This document shows positions 9,364 to 18,500 of a stretch of DNA of 39,537 nt, in pieces (position 1 is the stretch's first letter; the number at the start of each line of letters is the position of its first letter). Below the pieces are notes generated by a model. That model was given only the letters and a program-made list of their open reading frames with translations. It made no database searches and was not told the DNA's origin. This DNA is from a virus (Duplodnaviria > Caudoviricetes): IMG/VR virus record IMGVR_UViG_3300020469_000101, positions 1-39,537 of that record; one strand, written 5' to 3'. The position numbers were made by a program, and so were the translations under genes.

Positions 9364-10054
9364 AAGTGCAAAGAAATTCGGAAAAAACTTCCATTATAGA
9401 TGGAGCACACATCAACCAGTAGTTAGAGCAATGGTTGAATTAATTAACCCCGAACTAATACTTGAATTAGGAGTAGGACGTTATTCAACACCTTTATTTG
9501 TTAAATTTCCTGCACAAAAGATTATTCATGTTGAAAGCGAACAAGGTTGGTTAGACTTAGTTAAGAAAGAAAATGCAGACGGTATTACAAGCAAGAGTGA
9601 ATTTAGACATCACGATATTGCTCCACTTGGTATTGAAAGCATTAAAATTTTACCAAGCCAACTTAACGAATCACAGAAAAGTGCTATTGACAATTACTAT
9701 CAATCACTTGCAACTGAAATAGAAATAATGCCATACAAGTCAAGTTTAATTTTTACAGACGGCTTTGCTTCTTGTAGAAAATCAACAGTTGATTGTTTAA
9801 CAGGTGTAACTGATGTTATGATATTTCATGATGCAGAAAAACCTGAAGAATATGGTTATGACAAACTTGAACCCAAGTTGTACGAAACACATGACGAGTA
9901 TTTGCTAAAAACTGCAACTTCGTGGACAGGGTTTATGATTAAAAAAGACATCGCAACTGAAGAAAGAATTAATGAAGTAATTAACAAGTACGTTGATATC
10001 TATATTGCAGAATTAGGAATAGACAGAAAAGGTTTTGAATTAGTTAAAAAATGA
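9353..10054 (+). CDS. Class I SAM-dependent methyltransferase-like protein
   Basis: ILELGVGRYST motif I, HVESEQGW, IFTDG, IFHDAE. Confidence 0.65.
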   Translation: MRIKSAKKFGKNFHYRWSTHQPVVRAMVELINPELILELGVGRYSTPLFVKFPAQKIIHVESEQGWLDLVKKENADGITSKSEFRHHDIAPLGIESIKILPSQLNESQKSAIDNYYQSLATEIEIMPYKSSLIFTDGFASCRKSTVDCLTGVTDVMIFHDAEKPEEYGYDKLEPKLYETHDEYLLKTATSWTGFMIKKDIATEERINEVINKYVDIYIAELGIDRKGFELVKK

Positions 10055-10797
10055 AACAACAACTTGTTAAACATATTATAGAAAACTTCACTGACCCATA
10101 CGAATTACAAAAGACATATCGTAGTCATCCAAGTTATAGTTTACTAACACTTGAGGATTTTGTTCCTAAGCATATTGTTAGTGCAATGGCTAAAGAGTTA
10201 GACAATGTTCCACTTGAAGATTGTAAACATTTTACACGAGCAGGTTCGTGTATGTACGAGTATAATGACGTTACAAAAACGCCTGTACAAGATGCAGTTA
10301 TTGATGCACTACACAGTTCTACATTTATTAAATGGTTACAAGAAGTTACTGATACTGTTGACCTCATACCTGATCCTCACTTAATTGGTGCAGGATATGT
10401 AAAGTCACTAACAGGTGATAGTTTAAAAGTACACTGTGATTTCAATTGGAACGAGCAAATACGATTGCATCGTATGTTAAGTTTAGTAATATATCTTAAT
10501 GATGATTGGAAAGAAGAATGGGGCGGACAGTTACAGTTCTATGATAGAGAAAGACAAACTGTACACAGTAAAGTTCCTGTTGGTAATGGTAATGCTGTTA
10601 TATGGAGTTATGATAACTTTGCATTTCACGGATATCCAGATCCAATGACAAATCCAAAAAATACAAGTAGAAAAGCATTACGTTTGTTTTATTATGTTAG
10701 TAATGCTAAACATGATGATAAACACCCACCACACAGAAGCCTGTACTGGTTTGATGATAAAGAAAAGGTACCTTACGATAAGCCATGGACCAAATAA
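10051..10797 (+). CDS. 2OG-Fe(II) oxygenase (prolyl-hydroxylase-like)
   Basis: HCD...FHG facial triad, IYLNDDWKEEWGGQL, RKALRLFYY (2OG-binding Arg). Confidence 0.9.
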   Translation: MKQQLVKHIIENFTDPYELQKTYRSHPSYSLLTLEDFVPKHIVSAMAKELDNVPLEDCKHFTRAGSCMYEYNDVTKTPVQDAVIDALHSSTFIKWLQEVTDTVDLIPDPHLIGAGYVKSLTGDSLKVHCDFNWNEQIRLHRMLSLVIYLNDDWKEEWGGQLQFYDRERQTVHSKVPVGNGNAVIWSYDNFAFHGYPDPMTNPKNTSRKALRLFYYVSNAKHDDKHPPHRSLYWFDDKEKVPYDKPWTK

Positions 10798-11303
10798 GAT
10801 TAGACATACCCGACCTACCATATAAGAATGTTCTTTGGGAAAACAAAGACAATGTAACTGATGAAGGTAGAGCAACTGCTTTTGAATCACAAAATAAAAA
10901 ATATCATCTTGCAGGTTACACAGCAGAGAATACAAAATACAAACAAGCATTTCCTGAAACTTATAATTTTATAAACTTTAGTAAGACGTTGTTTGATAGA
11001 TGCACAATAGCATTAATGCAACAAGCACCAGGACAAGTTTTACCAGAACATGTTGATACATTTTACATGTTTGCCAAGCATAACAATGTTCACCCTGATG
11101 GGTGTATCCGTGTTAATATATTCCTTGAGGATTGGCAAAGTGGACATTACTTTGAAATAAACAAGACTCCTATTACAAATTGGAAACGTGGAGATGCTGT
11201 TATTATCGAAAAAAATGAACCACATCTAAGTTCTAATAGTGGAATGTCGCCTAAGTACACAATGCAAGTAACTGGAGTAAAGAATGAATTTAAGAGGCGC
11301 TAA
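10785..11303 (+). CDS. Double-stranded beta-helix/2OG oxygenase-like protein
   Basis: PGQVLPEHVD...PHLSSN...KYTMQVTG fits the HxD...H pattern. Confidence 0.65.
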   Translation: MDQIRLDIPDLPYKNVLWENKDNVTDEGRATAFESQNKKYHLAGYTAENTKYKQAFPETYNFINFSKTLFDRCTIALMQQAPGQVLPEHVDTFYMFAKHNNVHPDGCIRVNIFLEDWQSGHYFEINKTPITNWKRGDAVIIEKNEPHLSSNSGMSPKYTMQVTGVKNEFKRR

Positions 11304-12150
11304 ACCTGTAACAGATAATGCAATTAAGAAGTTTATTACAGGACTTAACCCTGTAAGTGATTTATATAATGAAGAATTACCATCAACATTTACTAAAGCA
11401 TTTATGGATTGGATTAGTGCAAGTGGTAACAATACATTATCAGGTCTTGATTTATTTCCAAGTCAAAAGTTAGTTTGTGGAACTGTACAAGCATTTGATC
11501 ACTTTTATTTTAGACACAAAACAAGACGCTTTAGATTTTTCAGAGGCGAATTTATGTATCACAGTGCATGTTTGAAACATGGTTGTGATTGGGAATACAT
11601 TGAAGACGAACCACTTGATCATGATGACGTATTAATCATAAGTGTACCTTTTAGCGACCATGGTAAACAGCATGTTGACATGGAGTACTACTTAGACCAA
11701 TGTAATACTTTAGAAATTCCTGTGCTACTTGACTTTGCATATTACCCTTGTACAAAAAATATTAACGTAGATTTAGCACAATGGAAATGTGTACAAACTA
11801 TTACGTTTAGTATTAGTAAAGCATTTTATGGTGCTGAGTTTTTACGTGTAGGAGTACGTTGCGAACGTATAGACACTGATGACGGTATTGATGTGTTTAA
11901 CTCAGTAGAAATGAATAACAGAATTGACATAAGTATTGCATATAGCCTGATACAAAAGTTTTCAGTTGATTGGAATTGGCAACAATATACAAGTGCTTAC
12001 AACCAAGCAATTGAAGATAAAAACTTGTTACCAACAGACTGTATTATGTTTGGAATCGGAGACGATAAGTGGAAAGATTACAACAGAGGCAGTCAGTTAA
12101 ACAGAGTTTGTATTAGCGAATTAATTGGTGACATAGTTAATGGCAAATGA
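11284..12150 (+). CDS. PLP-dependent enzyme, fold type I (aminotransferase class I/II-like)
   Basis: GTVQAF, LLDFAY (pyridine-pairing Asp), FSISKAF (Schiff-base Lys), LRVG (phosphate-binding Arg). Confidence 0.75.
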   Translation: MNLRGAKPVTDNAIKKFITGLNPVSDLYNEELPSTFTKAFMDWISASGNNTLSGLDLFPSQKLVCGTVQAFDHFYFRHKTRRFRFFRGEFMYHSACLKHGCDWEYIEDEPLDHDDVLIISVPFSDHGKQHVDMEYYLDQCNTLEIPVLLDFAYYPCTKNINVDLAQWKCVQTITFSISKAFYGAEFLRVGVRCERIDTDDGIDVFNSVEMNNRIDISIAYSLIQKFSVDWNWQQYTSAYNQAIEDKNLLPTDCIMFGIGDDKWKDYNRGSQLNRVCISELIGDIVNGK

Positions 12151-12361
12151 ATTTGTAATTAAGACAGACGGTAAATTAGAAACATACACAGAGTTTGATT
12201 CTATACCAAACGAGTTTGATCATATAATTAAGTTTGCACCAGAAGTTCCAGAGCCACCACACTCTGATGAACAACATAAGGAAATAGAATCTTGGAACAC
12301 AAAGTTACAAGAATTAATAAAGAGGGAGAAATCATATGCCAGCAGTAACAAGAATAGGTGA
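12140..12361 (+). CDS. Hypothetical protein
   Basis: 73 aa ORF overlapping both neighbours in operon fashion. Confidence 0.7.
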   Translation: MANEFVIKTDGKLETYTEFDSIPNEFDHIIKFAPEVPEPPHSDEQHKEIESWNTKLQELIKREKSYASSNKNR

Positions 12362-12626
12362 TGCGGACGTTGCTCACTGTAGCGGAATGACACGGGCAGT
12401 AGGCTCTGGTAATGTATTTGCTAACAACATTCCTGTTTCAAGACAGGGCGACGACAACACAGGGCACTTACTTCCGGGTGTACCTTGTCCATCACACTCT
12501 GCACCAATAGCAGTAGGATCAACAACAGTATTCACAAATAGCGTAGGCACAGGCAGAATCGGCGATGCTATATCAGGTTGCACAAGTGTAGCGGCTGGCA
12601 GTCCTAACGTTTTCGCAGGCGGATAA
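12336..12626 (+). CDS. PAAR-repeat tail spike tip protein (T4 gp5.4-like)
   Basis: Three PAAR-like repeats (PAVTRIGD, PVSRQGD, GTGRIGD), GSxxVF motifs, His/Cys metal ligands; GGGAG SD. Confidence 0.92.
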   Translation: MPAVTRIGDADVAHCSGMTRAVGSGNVFANNIPVSRQGDDNTGHLLPGVPCPSHSAPIAVGSTTVFTNSVGTGRIGDAISGCTSVAAGSPNVFAGG

Positions 12627-12637
12627 ACCAAACCACT

Positions 12638-12650
12638 TCTGGCACTAAAT
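12638..12650 (+). repeat. 13-bp direct repeat, copy 1 (TCTGGCACTAAAT)
   Basis: Identical to 17721-17733; both copies are intergenic. Confidence 0.7.
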
Positions 12651-12665
12651 CTTAGGTTAGGCATT

Positions 12666-12671
12666 TAAATA
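12666..12671 (+). promoter_or_regulatory. T4-late-like TAAATA box upstream of the amidinotransferase
   Basis: TTTAAATA in the intergenic gap, followed by AAGGAG SD and ATG 12696. Confidence 0.5.
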
Positions 12672-12695
12672 TGACTACTAACCAAGGAGATTAAT

Positions 12696-13757
12696 ATGAC
12701 AGTAGTAAGCAGTCACAACGACTGGGATCCATTAGAAGAATGTTTTGTAGGTATTGCGGACCACGCAAGAATACCAACAGTAGATAAATCAACACATAGT
12801 TTTGGCTTTGCAGATTGCAAATACGAACACATCAAAGACTTAGAAGGACCAAGTCCTAAGTGGGTAATTGACGAAGCAAATGAAGATCTTGACGGTCTTG
12901 CTAAACTTTTAACTAACCTTGGAGTTAAAGTTAGACGACCTGAATCAATTGATCACAGCGTAGAATTTGGATCTCCAGATTGGAAAACTACAGGCTGGTA
13001 CACATACTGTCCACGAGATTTATTATTGCCACTTAACAATGTTATTATTGATTGTCCGGGTGCAATGAGAGCAAGACAATACGAAACTACAGCATACAGA
13101 GAATTTTTATACGAAGCAATGGCTGGCGGTTCACAATGGATTAGTGCGCCTCGCCCAAAACTACTTGATGACATTTATCAACTTGAAGACCTAAGTATTC
13201 CTACTCTTAAAAATAATGAGATTGTATTTGATGCACCTAATGTTGTGCGTCTTGGTAAAGACTTATTATATCAAGTTAGTAACTCAGGTACATTGCTTGG
13301 TGGACAATGGTTAAAAACTATATTAGAACCATTAGGATATAAAATTCATCTTGCTGAAAAGTTTTATAGTTATTCACATTTTGACAGTACTGTAATTCCT
13401 TTACGTCCTGGACTTGTGTTGTTTAACGGAGATAGAATTAACAAAGACTGGTACCCACCTATCTTTAAAGACTGGGATAAGATTTTCTTCCCAGGTGATA
13501 AGGTACATGATATTGGTACTAACTTGCCGAACAACGTTTCGCCATGCAGTAAGTATATTGGTCTGAACTTTATGAGTGTTAATGAGAAACTTGTAATTTG
13601 TGACGAGAATCAAGAACCATTGCGTAAAGAATTAGATAAATGGGGAATTGAATCAATAGCATTACCAATGCGTCAAGCACGTACATTGAGTGGTGGTTTC
13701 CATTGTGTTACTTTAGATACGAAACGTAAAGGCACATTGGAAAGTTACTTTGAGTAA
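12696..13757 (+). CDS. Amidinotransferase (glycine/inosamine-phosphate amidinotransferase family, pentein fold)
   Basis: VSSHNDWDPLEE..VG, CPRD, FDAPN, HFDST (catalytic His), GGFHCVTLD (catalytic Cys). Confidence 0.92.
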   Translation: MTVVSSHNDWDPLEECFVGIADHARIPTVDKSTHSFGFADCKYEHIKDLEGPSPKWVIDEANEDLDGLAKLLTNLGVKVRRPESIDHSVEFGSPDWKTTGWYTYCPRDLLLPLNNVIIDCPGAMRARQYETTAYREFLYEAMAGGSQWISAPRPKLLDDIYQLEDLSIPTLKNNEIVFDAPNVVRLGKDLLYQVSNSGTLLGGQWLKTILEPLGYKIHLAEKFYSYSHFDSTVIPLRPGLVLFNGDRINKDWYPPIFKDWDKIFFPGDKVHDIGTNLPNNVSPCSKYIGLNFMSVNEKLVICDENQEPLRKELDKWGIESIALPMRQARTLSGGFHCVTLDTKRKGTLESYFE

Positions 13758-14613
13758 ACGCGGTTATCATATACCAAATCTTGAATACATGATCACGACA
13801 AGTTGTGATCTGGCATGTCCAGGTTGCGATAGGTTCATTGATCACAACTTACCTTTTGTAGAATCATTTGATAACATTGTTAGTAATATGGAAGCATGGG
13901 GCAAACGTCTTGACCCGGACCATGTTACTATCATTGGTGGTGAACCGTTATTACATCCACGCATATACGATATACTAAAAGAAGCAAGACGCATATTTGA
14001 TCATGCAGTCATTGAAGTTTATACTAACGGATTCTTGTTACCCAAGCGTCCGGATATACTAAAGGTCCTTAAGAAAATAGGCAGAGCAAAAATTAGTTGT
14101 AGTTTACATAATAAAAATCCTAAGGTTAGAGAACTTATTGAAACTAATTTATGGAATGCTTTTTACAGCAAAGGCAACTGGAGTATGGTTAGTAATATTG
14201 CACACAAGCAAGACGATGTTGAAGTAGAAGTTACTGATCCTACAGTAGGTGGCTGGTATGATTATAGGCAAACAATCAACGGCAAACTAAAACCATGGAC
14301 TGACAAAGACCCTGAAGCAAGTTATAAAGCATGTGGTGTAAACATATATCCTATAATATACAAAGGACAGTTATACAAGTGTCCGCCTATTAGTATGGTA
14401 CGTACATACTTAGGCAAAGCACAACAACTTGATGATGTTGATTGGAAACCATATGTAGATTACCAAGGACTTAACATTGATGTACAAGAAAGTGAACTTG
14501 AAGAATTTGTCAAAAATATTTTCAAGCCACATAGTATTTGTGCAATGTGTCCTGCTAATCCAAAACTAAAACCACAAGACGAAGCAGTGGTTAAGAATGT
14601 AAAATTGATATGA
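13750..14613 (+). CDS. Radical SAM enzyme
   Basis: CDLACPGC, GGEPLLHP, YTNG; C-terminal Cys (C...KCP...CAMC) suggest an auxiliary cluster. Confidence 0.9.
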   Translation: MSKRGYHIPNLEYMITTSCDLACPGCDRFIDHNLPFVESFDNIVSNMEAWGKRLDPDHVTIIGGEPLLHPRIYDILKEARRIFDHAVIEVYTNGFLLPKRPDILKVLKKIGRAKISCSLHNKNPKVRELIETNLWNAFYSKGNWSMVSNIAHKQDDVEVEVTDPTVGGWYDYRQTINGKLKPWTDKDPEASYKACGVNIYPIIYKGQLYKCPPISMVRTYLGKAQQLDDVDWKPYVDYQGLNIDVQESELEEFVKNIFKPHSICAMCPANPKLKPQDEAVVKNVKLI

Positions 14614-15764
14614 AAAAAATACCTTTAATTACTATGGACAGTAACTCCAGAAGTCTCGGTACGTTTATTGAGAACTTCAAGGGTATTATTGATTTTGAAG
14701 GACATAATGATAAAGTACTCGAGGACCAAGATAAACTTGTAGTATTCTTTGAATATGTAGGAGACAATGATTACACATTTGAAACATTTACTAACTTTTT
14801 TAAAACGTATAAAATACCAACCTTTCTTGTTATAGATGACTCATACGAAGGACTTACAGACGATGCATTTCTTGCATTAGTAAAACAAACAGTATTAGAT
14901 AATCCGTATATTATAGATTGGGTAATATTAACAAACAATAAGTTGTTAAACACACCTAATAAAATTTACTTTAATGTACAAGTACACTTAGATAGGTATG
15001 ACGGCATTGACATACGTAATCATCTTAACAAAGACTGGAATGGCAATAGTAATTTACGTAAGAAAAAGTTTTTATGTTTAAACAGACAAGAACGGTTGCA
15101 TAGGCTATTAGTTACAAACTATTTGTTACAAAATGGTATTGCAGATCACACATTTTTAAGTTGTCCACTTGGCAACTACAAACATGTACTCGAAGGAAAT
15201 TTACAACAACAAGAACATAGAAAATACCTTGATGTTAGTTTACACAATGTACAACTTCAAGATAGCGTTGTACAAACATTAAAAGAAAACTTGCCTATTG
15301 AATTAGATTTAAATGAAGTTACATACAAATCAATGTCAAGAAGTTTACCAAGTGCAGACACATATTACAGTGAAAGTTATTTTAGTATTATTACTGAAGG
15401 TGATTTTTACGATCAGGATAGACAAGCATTTACAGAAAAAGTTCTAAAATGTTTTTTATACAAACATCCGTTTATTATTGTTGGTCTTAAAGATACACTT
15501 AAATTATTACGTGATATGGGTTTTATGACGTTTAATGAAATTATTGACGAACGTTATGATAGTATTAAAGACGCATCTCTTAGATTAGACAGTGCAATGG
15601 AACAAGTTAAAAAATTAAATGAATTAAACATTCACGAAGTACGTGACTTGTATAATAGTTTAACTCCTGTTCTTGATTACAACAGAGAACATTATCTACG
15701 ATTGTTTAAAGAAAAGCAACCAGTTGAATTGCTACACAAGATTAATTCTTTTGTAAATGATTAA
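14610..15764 (+). CDS. Hypothetical protein, possible GT-B glycosyltransferase (GT10-like motif)
   Basis: KKFLCLNR..RLHR and YFSIITE...FTEKVLK...HPFII.G resemble the fucosyltransferase F.EN...TEK motif. Confidence 0.5.
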   Translation: MKKIPLITMDSNSRSLGTFIENFKGIIDFEGHNDKVLEDQDKLVVFFEYVGDNDYTFETFTNFFKTYKIPTFLVIDDSYEGLTDDAFLALVKQTVLDNPYIIDWVILTNNKLLNTPNKIYFNVQVHLDRYDGIDIRNHLNKDWNGNSNLRKKKFLCLNRQERLHRLLVTNYLLQNGIADHTFLSCPLGNYKHVLEGNLQQQEHRKYLDVSLHNVQLQDSVVQTLKENLPIELDLNEVTYKSMSRSLPSADTYYSESYFSIITEGDFYDQDRQAFTEKVLKCFLYKHPFIIVGLKDTLKLLRDMGFMTFNEIIDERYDSIKDASLRLDSAMEQVKKLNELNIHEVRDLYNSLTPVLDYNREHYLRLFKEKQPVELLHKINSFVND

Positions 15765-16677
15765 TAATAAAATCTTTATTAGGTAAATTTAATTCTTTTG
15801 CATTATTAATAATTTGATTCTTTGCGTTTAAATCAAGTTCTTTAATGTCTAAATCAAATGGATATGTTAACACGTTAATATACCAACGTGCTTCGAATCT
15901 TGTACAGAAGTCGTGTAAGTCCTTTAGCCCCATGTGATTGTTTTTGTGTAGTACAGAATTAAATTCTAATACGTACATGTTATTGTACACCCAGTCAATA
16001 AACTTAACTACATCAGGCCATTTAGTTCCGCTACGTACACGTTCTCCAAGTTCACCTATACCGTCAATACTTAATATAAAAGTTACTTTCTTATAATGCT
16101 GTAGTTCTTCAACAACTTCATCGTTGGGTATAAACGTTCCGTTAGTATTGTATATGACTTCAACTTTGTTTTTGTTTTTTACTTGACGTAACAGTTTCAA
16201 ATGTCTGTTAGTAATTAACGGTTCGCCTCCAAGAAACAATATCTTTTCAAGTGCCTCTGGTACATTTGTAACCTCATCAATTTCCATCAACTTGTGTTTC
16301 GGTGCACCATAAATTTCTTTTTCTTTTACAATCCAACTTGTACTGAATTCTGAATTACAACCATCACAAGTTAAATTACACAAGTTATCAAAACCAATTT
16401 CAAGAAACTTTAGTTCAACTTTGTCCATTGTGTATTTCTCGTTGAACTCCTCACGTAAACTTTTGTGTCCTATCTTTTCTTCATAGAAACACTTTTCACA
16501 ACCTTTGATAAACTCGCCTTTGGCACTTTGCTCACGTAAGTCCTTGTATGCATCGCTGTGTAATACGTTATCAACATCTCCATCAAATGTATCAATAGAG
16601 CGTTTGAATCGACAACAGGGATAGACTCTATTGCCACTTCGTATATTAGTATGGTTCCAAAATGCACTACACTTCAT
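15742..16677 (-). CDS. Radical SAM enzyme with N-terminal twitch/SPASM-like Cys cluster
   Basis: CNLTCDGC, GGEPL, NTNGT, SIDG; N-terminal C...VYPCC...CEKC. Confidence 0.9.
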   Translation of the reverse strand: MKCSAFWNHTNIRSGNRVYPCCRFKRSIDTFDGDVDNVLHSDAYKDLREQSAKGEFIKGCEKCFYEEKIGHKSLREEFNEKYTMDKVELKFLEIGFDNLCNLTCDGCNSEFSTSWIVKEKEIYGAPKHKLMEIDEVTNVPEALEKILFLGGEPLITNRHLKLLRQVKNKNKVEVIYNTNGTFIPNDEVVEELQHYKKVTFILSIDGIGELGERVRSGTKWPDVVKFIDWVYNNMYVLEFNSVLHKNNHMGLKDLHDFCTRFEARWYINVLTYPFDLDIKELDLNAKNQIINNAKELNLPNKDFIINHLQKN

Positions 16678-17092
16678 AGTATGGTATCCAATGTTTATCT
16701 AAATCATTTTTTAGACATTTGGTTGCTAATTCTAACACACTTGTATAATCAATTTCTACTTTTGGTTCATTTCTAAACGGATCAAATACAAATCTGTTAT
16801 CCTTATTTACTATGTCAATCTCATTAGTATGTATGTTGATAAACATAGGTATACTGGCGTCTAAGACGCATTTTAAAGCGTCTACAGTACACAAAGCATA
16901 GTCTACACGAGCAACAGCATACTCTAATGATTCAGGGGTATATACAGGCATTTTAACCACGTTTACACGTTCCAATAACCATTGTTCTATATGTGTATCT
17001 AATGTAGAATCTCCTAACGGTAGCAATAGAACATTACTGAACTTATTTTGATTTGAGTTCTTGATTAGTTCTAATACTTGTTCGTCGGTCAT
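16667..17092 (-). CDS. Hypothetical protein
   Basis: 141 aa ORF translationally coupled to both neighbours. Confidence 0.7.
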   Translation of the reverse strand: MTDEQVLELIKNSNQNKFSNVLLLPLGDSTLDTHIEQWLLERVNVVKMPVYTPESLEYAVARVDYALCTVDALKCVLDASIPMFINIHTNEIDIVNKDNRFVFDPFRNEPKVEIDYTSVLELATKCLKNDLDKHWIPYYEV

Positions 17093-17682
17093 TTTTTGAT
17101 TATTTCGAGATCGAAAGTAATAATGTCTAACGGCTTCTCGCTTATATTAGGAGTTGTACTTAGGTCAAGATAGCCTGGAATAAAATACATTTCTCCTTCT
17201 GGCATTGGCAAGAATGTTTGCCAACTGTTATATGCATTTTTATTCTCTACTGGAATTTTACTAAAGTAGTATTCGCTTACAGGATTGTCTACTACAAGTC
17301 CACCACTTTTTGGATCACTGGTTACAAAGTACATGCCTGAATAGAAACTATCTGTCTTTTTAGTCTTAGTTAGGCACCCGCCCGGCATTACTGTTTGAAC
17401 GTATGCTCTGGTAATAGCAATGTGTTGTCCTTGTTTAACTTCAAACTTCTCAGAAATCTCTTTAACAAATGTCTTAACATCTTCACTTTCGCTGATGTGT
17501 TTGAACGCATTATTAGTATGAAAGTTATCCTTGCTCTGCCAAGTATTAATATGTTGTATATTTGTATTATTGGTTTGCTTTTGGTAATCTTCAACAATTC
17601 TATCAAATAATTTTTTGACGTCTTTGTGCTTTGAAAATGTAACTCTACTGATGCTGTTTACAAATAAATTTAAAGTGTCCAT
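17089..17682 (-). CDS. 2OG-Fe(II) oxygenase-fold protein lacking metal ligands
   Basis: Same scaffold as 27336-27971 (SGMYFV, SGGLVV.NP, EGEMYFIPGYL, TPN) but no His ligands. Start moved to MDTLN at 17682. Confidence 0.65.
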   Translation of the reverse strand: MDTLNLFVNSISRVTFSKHKDVKKLFDRIVEDYQKQTNNTNIQHINTWQSKDNFHTNNAFKHISESEDVKTFVKEISEKFEVKQGQHIAITRAYVQTVMPGGCLTKTKKTDSFYSGMYFVTSDPKSGGLVVDNPVSEYYFSKIPVENKNAYNSWQTFLPMPEGEMYFIPGYLDLSTTPNISEKPLDIITFDLEIIKK

Positions 17683-17687
17683 GCAAT

Positions 17688-17693
17688 TACTTA
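17688..17693 (-). promoter_or_regulatory. Late-like box variant TAAGTA
   Basis: Minus strand reads AATAAGTA-ATTGC-ATG: 5 nt spacer. Confidence 0.55.
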
Positions 17694-17720
17694 TTGAGCA
17701 ACCACGATTAAACAAAGTTA

Positions 17721-17733
17721 TCTGGCACTAAAT
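17721..17733 (+). repeat. 13-bp direct repeat, copy 2 (TCTGGCACTAAAT)
   Basis: Identical to 12638-12650; abuts the TAAATA box. Confidence 0.7.
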
Positions 17734-17739
17734 TAAATA
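17734..17739 (+). promoter_or_regulatory. T4-late-like box TAAATA
   Basis: TAAATA-CAACT-ATG(17745): 5 nt spacer, no SD. Confidence 0.7.
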
Positions 17740-17744
17740 CAACT

Positions 17745-18500
17745 ATGAAGTATGTATTAGTTACAGGTGGCTTTGATCCACTACACTCAGGTCATTTAGC
17801 GTACTTTAAAGCGGCAAGGAAACTTGGTGACAAACTGGTAGTTGGACTAAACAGCGATGAGTGGTTGACAGAAAAGAAAGGTCAACCCTTTATGCCATTT
17901 GCAGAACGCCTTGCTATCATAAGCGAACTTGAATGTGTTGACAGCGTATTAAGTTTTGATGACAGCGATGGTACAGCATGTGGAGCAATATTCAAACTAA
18001 TGGCTACTACTACAGGTGAGTATGTATTTGCTAACGGCGGCGATAGGGTTGATGGCAACGTACCCGAGTATGCTACATATGGTGACAAAATAGAATTTGC
18101 ATATGGGGTAGGTGGTACAGACAAAATAAATTCAAGTAGTTGGATTTTAGAAGAATATAAAAATCCTAAAACAGTTCGTAGTTGGGGTTGGTATAGAGTA
18201 CTTGACAACAAACCAGGTTATAAAGTTAAAGAACTTGTTATCGAGCCTGGTAAGAGTCTGTCAATGCAAAGACATAGACATAGATCAGAAAACTGGTATG
18301 TGTTAAAAGGTACCTGTGTTATTCAGACTAACTATAACAACAGAGACGAAAAAGTAACAGTAGATACAAATCGTTCTTATACGATAAATCAAAATGTATG
18401 GCACAAGGGTATTAACAACACACAAGAATATTGCCATATACTTGAGGTACAGTTTGGCGAACATTGTATTGAACAAGATATAGAAAGAAAAGAAGAATGA
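17745..18500 (+). CDS. HxGH nucleotidyltransferase (TagD/RfaE domain II-like) fused to a mannose-6-phosphate isomerase-type cupin
   Basis: GGFDPLHSGH, VGLNSDEWL, ANGGDR, SSS; then RSWGWY...PGKSLSMQRHRHRSENWYV...WH. Confidence 0.88.
   Translation: MKYVLVTGGFDPLHSGHLAYFKAARKLGDKLVVGLNSDEWLTEKKGQPFMPFAERLAIISELECVDSVLSFDDSDGTACGAIFKLMATTTGEYVFANGGDRVDGNVPEYATYGDKIEFAYGVGGTDKINSSSWILEEYKNPKTVRSWGWYRVLDNKPGYKVKELVIEPGKSLSMQRHRHRSENWYVLKGTCVIQTNYNNRDEKVTVDTNRSYTINQNVWHKGINNTQEYCHILEVQFGEHCIEQDIERKEE

Noticed and set aside
12639-12656. CTGGCAC as a sigma54 -24 element (also at 17722)
   Set aside because: Neither copy has the required TTGC -12 element at the correct spacing.
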